In this document: piece after piece, positions 59,716 to 64,000 of the stretch
How the letters are laid out: every line of letters begins with the position of its first letter
Position numbering within the stretch: position 1 is the first letter of the stretch
The notes under the pieces: model-generated
Seen by the model: the letters and a program-made list of their open reading frames with translations, nothing else
The model's database searches: none
What the model was told of the DNA's origin: nothing
Translations under genes and position numbers: made by a program
Source of the DNA: Austwickia sp.
GTDB taxonomy: Bacteria > Actinomycetota > Actinomycetes > Actinomycetales > Dermatophilaceae
Reading direction: 5' to 3'
Assembly: GCA_016699675.1 (NCBI GenBank)
Contig: CP064985.1
Coordinates: forward strand, 748,551-812,550
DNA: 64,000 nucleotides

Positions 59716-61140
59716 ATGACCAACACCATCGTCATCGACCCGGTGACCCGGATCGAGGGCCACTCCAAGATCACGATCTTCCTGCACGACGACGGCAGCG
59801 TGGACAAGGCGCAGTTCCACGTGACCCAGTTCCGGGGTTTCGAGAAGCTCTGCGAGGGCCGGCCGGTGCACGAGATGCCCGCCCTCATGGCGCGCATCTG
59901 CGGCATCTGCCCCGTCTCGCACCTGACCTGCTCGGCCAAGACCGTCGACGCGATCATGGCGGTGACCCCGCCGCCCACCGGCGCGAACCTGCGCCGCATC
60001 ATGAACCTCGCCCAGATCGTGCAGTCGAACGCGCTGTCGTTCTTCCACCTGTCCTCCCCCGACCTGCTCTTCGGGTACGACGGGGACCCGGCTCAGCGCA
60101 ACCTCTACGGGATGCTCGGCGCCCACCCGCAGCTGGCCAGGGACGGCATCGCGCTGCGCCGCTACGGCCAGCAGATCATCGAGTGGCTCGGCAAGAAGCG
60201 GATCCACCCGGCCTGGCTGGTGCCGGGCGGAGTCTCGTCGCCGCTGGACCCGGGGCTGCGCGACCAGATGCTGGCGGGCATGCCCGAGGCGTACGCGATC
60301 GTGGACCGCACCCTCGCCTGGTTCAAGAAGGAGATGATCCGCTTCGAGGACGAGGCGACCGCGATGGGCGGGTTCCCCTCGGCGTTCATGAGCCTGATCT
60401 CCGACGACGGCGGGATGGAGCACTACGACGGTGACCTGCGCATCGTCGACCAGGACGGCACGATGCTGCGGGACCGGTGCGACCCGCACGACTACACGTC
60501 CTACCTCGGGGAGCACGTCGAGCCGTTCTCGTACCTGAAGTCCACCTACTTCAAGGACAAGGGCTACCCGGACGGGGTCTACCGGGTCGGCACCATGGCC
60601 CGGATCGCGACCTGCGACCAGACGGGGCTGCCGCGCTCGCAGGAGGAGCTGGAGCACTATCGGTTCCGGTTCGGCCGGTTCCCCAAGTCGAGCTTCCACT
60701 TCCACTACTCCCGGCTCATCGACACCCTGTTCTGCCTGGAGAAGATCGAGGCGCTGCTGACCGACCCGGACATCCTCTCGGACCGGGTCCGCTCCGTGGC
60801 GGGCATCAACTCCAACACCGGGATCGGGGTCTCCGAGGCGCCGCGCGGGACCTTGCTGCACCACTACGAGGTCGACGACGACGGCATCATGAAGTGGGCC
60901 AACCTCATCATCGCGACGGGCCACAACAACCTGGCGATGAACCGAGGCGTCACCGACGTGGCGAAGCACTTCATCAAGGCCGGCGAGCCGCTGCAGGAGG
61001 CGCTCCTCAACCGCGTCGAGGGCCTGATCCGCTGCTACGACCCGTGCCTGTCCTGCTCGACGCACGCCGTGGGGCAGATGGCGCTGCACATCCAGACGGT
61101 CGCGCCCGACGGGACCGTGGTCGACGAGATCAAGCGCTAG
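59716..61140 (+). CDS. hoxH: [NiFe]-hydrogenase large subunit HoxH
   Basis: N-terminal RIEGH, ...RICGICPVSH..., and C-terminal DPCLSCSTH nickel site with a cleavable extension. Confidence 0.9.
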   Translation: MTNTIVIDPVTRIEGHSKITIFLHDDGSVDKAQFHVTQFRGFEKLCEGRPVHEMPALMARICGICPVSHLTCSAKTVDAIMAVTPPPTGANLRRIMNLAQIVQSNALSFFHLSSPDLLFGYDGDPAQRNLYGMLGAHPQLARDGIALRRYGQQIIEWLGKKRIHPAWLVPGGVSSPLDPGLRDQMLAGMPEAYAIVDRTLAWFKKEMIRFEDEATAMGGFPSAFMSLISDDGGMEHYDGDLRIVDQDGTMLRDRCDPHDYTSYLGEHVEPFSYLKSTYFKDKGYPDGVYRVGTMARIATCDQTGLPRSQEELEHYRFRFGRFPKSSFHFHYSRLIDTLFCLEKIEALLTDPDILSDRVRSVAGINSNTGIGVSEAPRGTLLHHYEVDDDGIMKWANLIIATGHNNLAMNRGVTDVAKHFIKAGEPLQEALLNRVEGLIRCYDPCLSCSTHAVGQMALHIQTVAPDGTVVDEIKR

Positions 61141-61174
61141 CTGCGGTGCGCACCCGCCCCGCCGGGCGCGGGTC

Positions 61175-61708
61175 GTGACGGACCCGCGGCCCCTCGTCGT
61201 CGGCTACGGCAACTCGCTGCGCCAGGACGACGGCGTGGGGTGGCGCGTCGCCGGGCTGCTCGCCGCCGACCCGCGGTTCGCCGGCTGCGACGTACGGCAG
61301 GAGTTCCAGCTCCTGCCCGAGTTGGCGTACGACGTCGCCCGCGCCCGCGCCGTCGTCCTCGTCGACGCGCGGGAGGCGTACGACGTGCCGCCCGGGACCC
61401 AGTCCCATCGGCGGGTCGAGCCCTCCGCCGCGGCCGGGGGAATCTCCTCGCACCACGTCACCCCCGAGGCGCTGCTGGCGTTGGCCGAGCTGACGCTGGG
61501 CGAGGGCGACGACGGCGAGGCGCCACTCCCGCCGGTGGCCCTCGTGGAGGTCGCGGCCCGCGACTTCGACGACGGCGCGGACACGCTCACCCCGGCGGTC
61601 CGCGCCGCGCTCCCCGCGATCGTCGACGCCGTCGCAGCGCACTTGAACGCGTTGATCACGGAGCTGAGCGATCCCTCCCGTCCGAGCGGGGCCGCTCACC
61701 GCACCTGA
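61175..61708 (+). CDS. hoxW: hydrogenase maturation endopeptidase (HoxW/HycI family)
   Basis: ...VVGYGNSLRQDDGVGWRVA... signature. Confidence 0.75.
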   Translation: MTDPRPLVVGYGNSLRQDDGVGWRVAGLLAADPRFAGCDVRQEFQLLPELAYDVARARAVVLVDAREAYDVPPGTQSHRRVEPSAAAGGISSHHVTPEALLALAELTLGEGDDGEAPLPPVALVEVAARDFDDGADTLTPAVRAALPAIVDAVAAHLNALITELSDPSRPSGAAHRT

Positions 61709-61718
61709 GCCGGGACGC

Positions 61719-62540
61719 TCACCCCACCTGGGAGGGGACGGCCGCGGCGAAGCCCAGGTCCTGGTGGCGGTGGTCGGCCAGGTGCAGGGCCACCACGGAC
61801 CCGATGACGACCACGGCGGGCGGCTCGATGCCCGCGCCGGCGCTCAGGGCGGCGATGTCGGCCAGCTCCCCGCGCAGCACCTGGTCCGCGGCGGCCGTGT
61901 GGCCACCGGCCTGGAGGTGGCTGGCGATCACCGCGGCCGGCGTACCGTCGTCCAGTCCCGCCTCCCGCAGCGCCGCGACGATCTCCGGCAGGTACTTGAC
62001 CCCCATCAGGATCACCAGCGTCGTCCGCGCGCGGGCCAGCGCCGCCCAGTCCACCGTTCCGCGTGGGTCGCCGGGCGGCACGTGCCCGGAGACCACGGTG
62101 AAGCCCTGCGTCAGCGAGCGGTGCGTCACCGGGATCCCCGCGAGCTCGGGGATCGCGACCGCCGAGGTGACGCCGGGTACGACGTGCACCGGCACGCCCG
62201 CCGCCGTACACGCCTGCCACTCCTCGCCGCCGCGCCCGAAAACGAAGGCGTCGCCGCCCTTCAGCCGCACGACCCGTTTCCCGGCGGCGGCCTCGGCCAC
62301 GAGGATCTCGTTGATGCGCTCCTGCGGGGTCTGCCGGCCGCGCGGGATCTTGCCGACGTCGACCAGCTCGGCGCTCGGCCGCGCCTCCGCGAGGCACTCC
62401 AGCGGCGCGAGCCGGTCGTAGACGAGCACGTCCGCCTGCCGGATCGCGTGCAGGCCCTGGACGGTGATGAGGCCGGGGTCGCCGGGGCCGCCGCCCACGA
62501 GGGTGACGGTGCCGGGTTCGAGGTCAAAACGCATCGTCAT
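61719..62540 (-). CDS. cobA: uroporphyrinogen-III C-methyltransferase (CobA/SUMT)
   Basis: ...LVGGGPGDPGLITVQG...VVRLKGGDAFVFGRGGEE... Confidence 0.8.
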   Translation of the reverse strand: MTMRFDLEPGTVTLVGGGPGDPGLITVQGLHAIRQADVLVYDRLAPLECLAEARPSAELVDVGKIPRGRQTPQERINEILVAEAAAGKRVVRLKGGDAFVFGRGGEEWQACTAAGVPVHVVPGVTSAVAIPELAGIPVTHRSLTQGFTVVSGHVPPGDPRGTVDWAALARARTTLVILMGVKYLPEIVAALREAGLDDGTPAAVIASHLQAGGHTAAADQVLRGELADIAALSAGAGIEPPAVVVIGSVVALHLADHRHQDLGFAAAVPSQVG

Positions 62541-63952
62541 CGGCGGTCCTTCGGGACGGGGTGAGTGGACGGTTGGCTGGACGGGGGGCTGGCCAGGTCG
62601 GCGAGCTCGGGCAGCTCGGCCAACTCGGCCAGCGCGGTGGCGAGCGCGGCGTGGGTCGCGGGGTCGCGCACGGCGAGGCGGATCCAGGTGGGGCCGAGGC
62701 CGGGGAAGGTCTCCCCACGCCGTACGGCGAAGCCCCGCGCCGCCAGCGCCTCCCGCACCGACCCGGGCCCGAGGGGGCTGGTGTCGACGAGCAGGTACGG
62801 CGCCCGGGCCGGCTCGACGCAGCGCAGCCCGAGCCGGGTCAGACGCTCGGCCAGGTCCGCGCGGGCCGGGGCGATCTCGTCCGCCGCACGGCGGGCCCAG
62901 TCCTGCGCGGCGGGGGTGAGCGCGGCGCACCCGGCCGCGATCGCCGGCGTCGACACGGACCACGGCGGTTGGTGCGCCGCCAAGGCGCCCACCAGGGCGG
63001 GATCGCCGACCACGTAGCCGAGCCGCAGCCCCGCGATGCCCCAGGTCTTGGTGAGCGAGCGCAGCACGAGGAGGCCGCCGGGGTCGTCGAGCCAGGGGTC
63101 GATCAGCGTCTCCGGTTCGCCTGGCACCAGGTCCATGAACGCCTCGTCGACGACGAGCACCCGGCCGGGCCGCAGCAGTCGCGCCAGCTCGCCCCGCGGG
63201 TGCAGCACGGACGTGGGGTTGGTGGGGTTGCCGACGACGATCAGGTCGGCCGCGGCGTGCGCGGCCTCCACCGCCGCGGCGTTCAGGCGGAATCCGTCGG
63301 CGGCGGTGAGCACGTGGCGCCGTACGTCGTGGCCCGCCGCCGCCAGCGCCGCCTCCGGCTCGGTGAACTGGGGGTGGACGACGAGCGGGTACGCCGGGCG
63401 CAGGGCCCGCGCCACCAGCGTGAACGCCTCGGCTCCGCCCGCGGTCGGCAGGACGTGATCGACGGGTACGCCGTGGTGCGCGGCCAGGGCCTCCCGCAGG
63501 GGCGTCGCGTCGGGGTAGGCCGACCAGTCGGCGGCGTCGGTCACCGCGGCGACGAGGAAGTCCGGCGTCCGCGCCGGGCGCACGTTGACCGCCAGGTCGA
63601 TCAGGCCCGGCGCGATGTCGCGGTCGCCGTGATGCTGCAGGTCGGGCTCGTCAAGAGCCGGCGCCAGGTCAACTCCCTCGTTGGCCGGGACCGTCGCGGC
63701 CTGGGCAACCGGCTCGGCCGCAGCGACCGGGGCGGCCGCTGCGACCGGCTTGGCCGACTCGCCTGACTCGGCCGGGACGAGCTGCGCGACCGGGGCGATC
63801 TGGGGCTGCGTGGCCGCGCCAGCCTGCTCCGCCAGCGGGTCCGTCGCGACGGGTCCGTGCCCCTGCCCGGCGTAAGCGTTCACGTCCCCGGCGTACTCGT
63901 GCACGGCCGCCGCGAACCGCGCCGCCGCCTCGGGATGGCCGGCCCAGTGCAC
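62537..63952 (-). CDS. class I/II PLP-dependent aminotransferase-fold enzyme (CobC/CobD-like threonine-phosphate decarboxylase) with an N-terminal extension of about 100 aa
   Basis: ...NPTNPTS...LRLGY... aminotransferase motifs. In the cobalamin gene context. The true start may be an internal GTG near 63650. Confidence 0.55.
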   Translation of the reverse strand: MHWAGHPEAAARFAAAVHEYAGDVNAYAGQGHGPVATDPLAEQAGAATQPQIAPVAQLVPAESGESAKPVAAAAPVAAAEPVAQAATVPANEGVDLAPALDEPDLQHHGDRDIAPGLIDLAVNVRPARTPDFLVAAVTDAADWSAYPDATPLREALAAHHGVPVDHVLPTAGGAEAFTLVARALRPAYPLVVHPQFTEPEAALAAAGHDVRRHVLTAADGFRLNAAAVEAAHAAADLIVVGNPTNPTSVLHPRGELARLLRPGRVLVVDEAFMDLVPGEPETLIDPWLDDPGGLLVLRSLTKTWGIAGLRLGYVVGDPALVGALAAHQPPWSVSTPAIAAGCAALTPAAQDWARRAADEIAPARADLAERLTRLGLRCVEPARAPYLLVDTSPLGPGSVREALAARGFAVRRGETFPGLGPTWIRLAVRDPATHAALATALAELAELPELADLASPPSSQPSTHPVPKDRR

Positions 63953-64000
63953 GTGCAGGTACGCCGCGTGCAGCGTCGGCCGCCCCGTGCCCGCCGGATC

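Overview
High-GC (~70%) actinobacterial chromosome segment. Most six-frame ORFs are antisense artefacts, so genes were called by protein-family recognition. Four blocks are visible. (1) 1-17.4 kb: a conserved actinobacterial core block that matches the Mycobacterium Rv3669-Rv3683 neighbourhood in order and orientation. It runs: tandem two-domain phosphofructokinase, GDPD, holin-like membrane protein, EphE-like hydrolase, MarP protease, NUDIX, Nth, CRP, MBL hydrolase, NUDIX, RidA, DUF4177, two ArsA-like ATPases, WhiB, class A PBP with PASTA domain, metallophosphoesterase, and then tRNA-Pro(CGG). (2) 17.4-28.5 kb: an accessory stretch directly after the tRNA. It holds a GNAT acetyltransferase, two small or frameshifted ORFs, a candidate restriction endonuclease convergent with a gamma-class N6-adenine DNA methyltransferase, a 22-bp tandem-repeat array, and a four-level nested IS graveyard in which an IS1380-family element is split by an IS3 element, which in turn carries a second IS3 and an IS256-family element. 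(3) 28.5-47.9 kb: a 5'-truncated, frameshifted AceE-like gene; a flotillin gene with three 1-bp frameshifts; a uronate/glycosaminoglycan-type utilisation cluster (heparinase II/III-like lyase, GH88/105, KdgK-like kinase, IclR, KDPG aldolase); an XRE regulator with a YdbS/YdbT-like PH-domain pair; a second ClpP pair with a zinc-ribbon protein, an APH-like kinase and an HxlR regulator; a TPR protein, pirin and CobK. (4) 48-64 kb: a complete bidirectional NAD-linked [NiFe]-hydrogenase locus (hypBA divergent from hypF, hypC, hypC-like, hypE, hypC, hypD, a DUF protein, then hoxEFUYH and hoxW), followed by cobA and a cobD-like gene. Several unusual repeats, palindromic operators and a conspicuous cluster of 1-bp frameshifts between about 19 kb and 38 kb are reported as findings.
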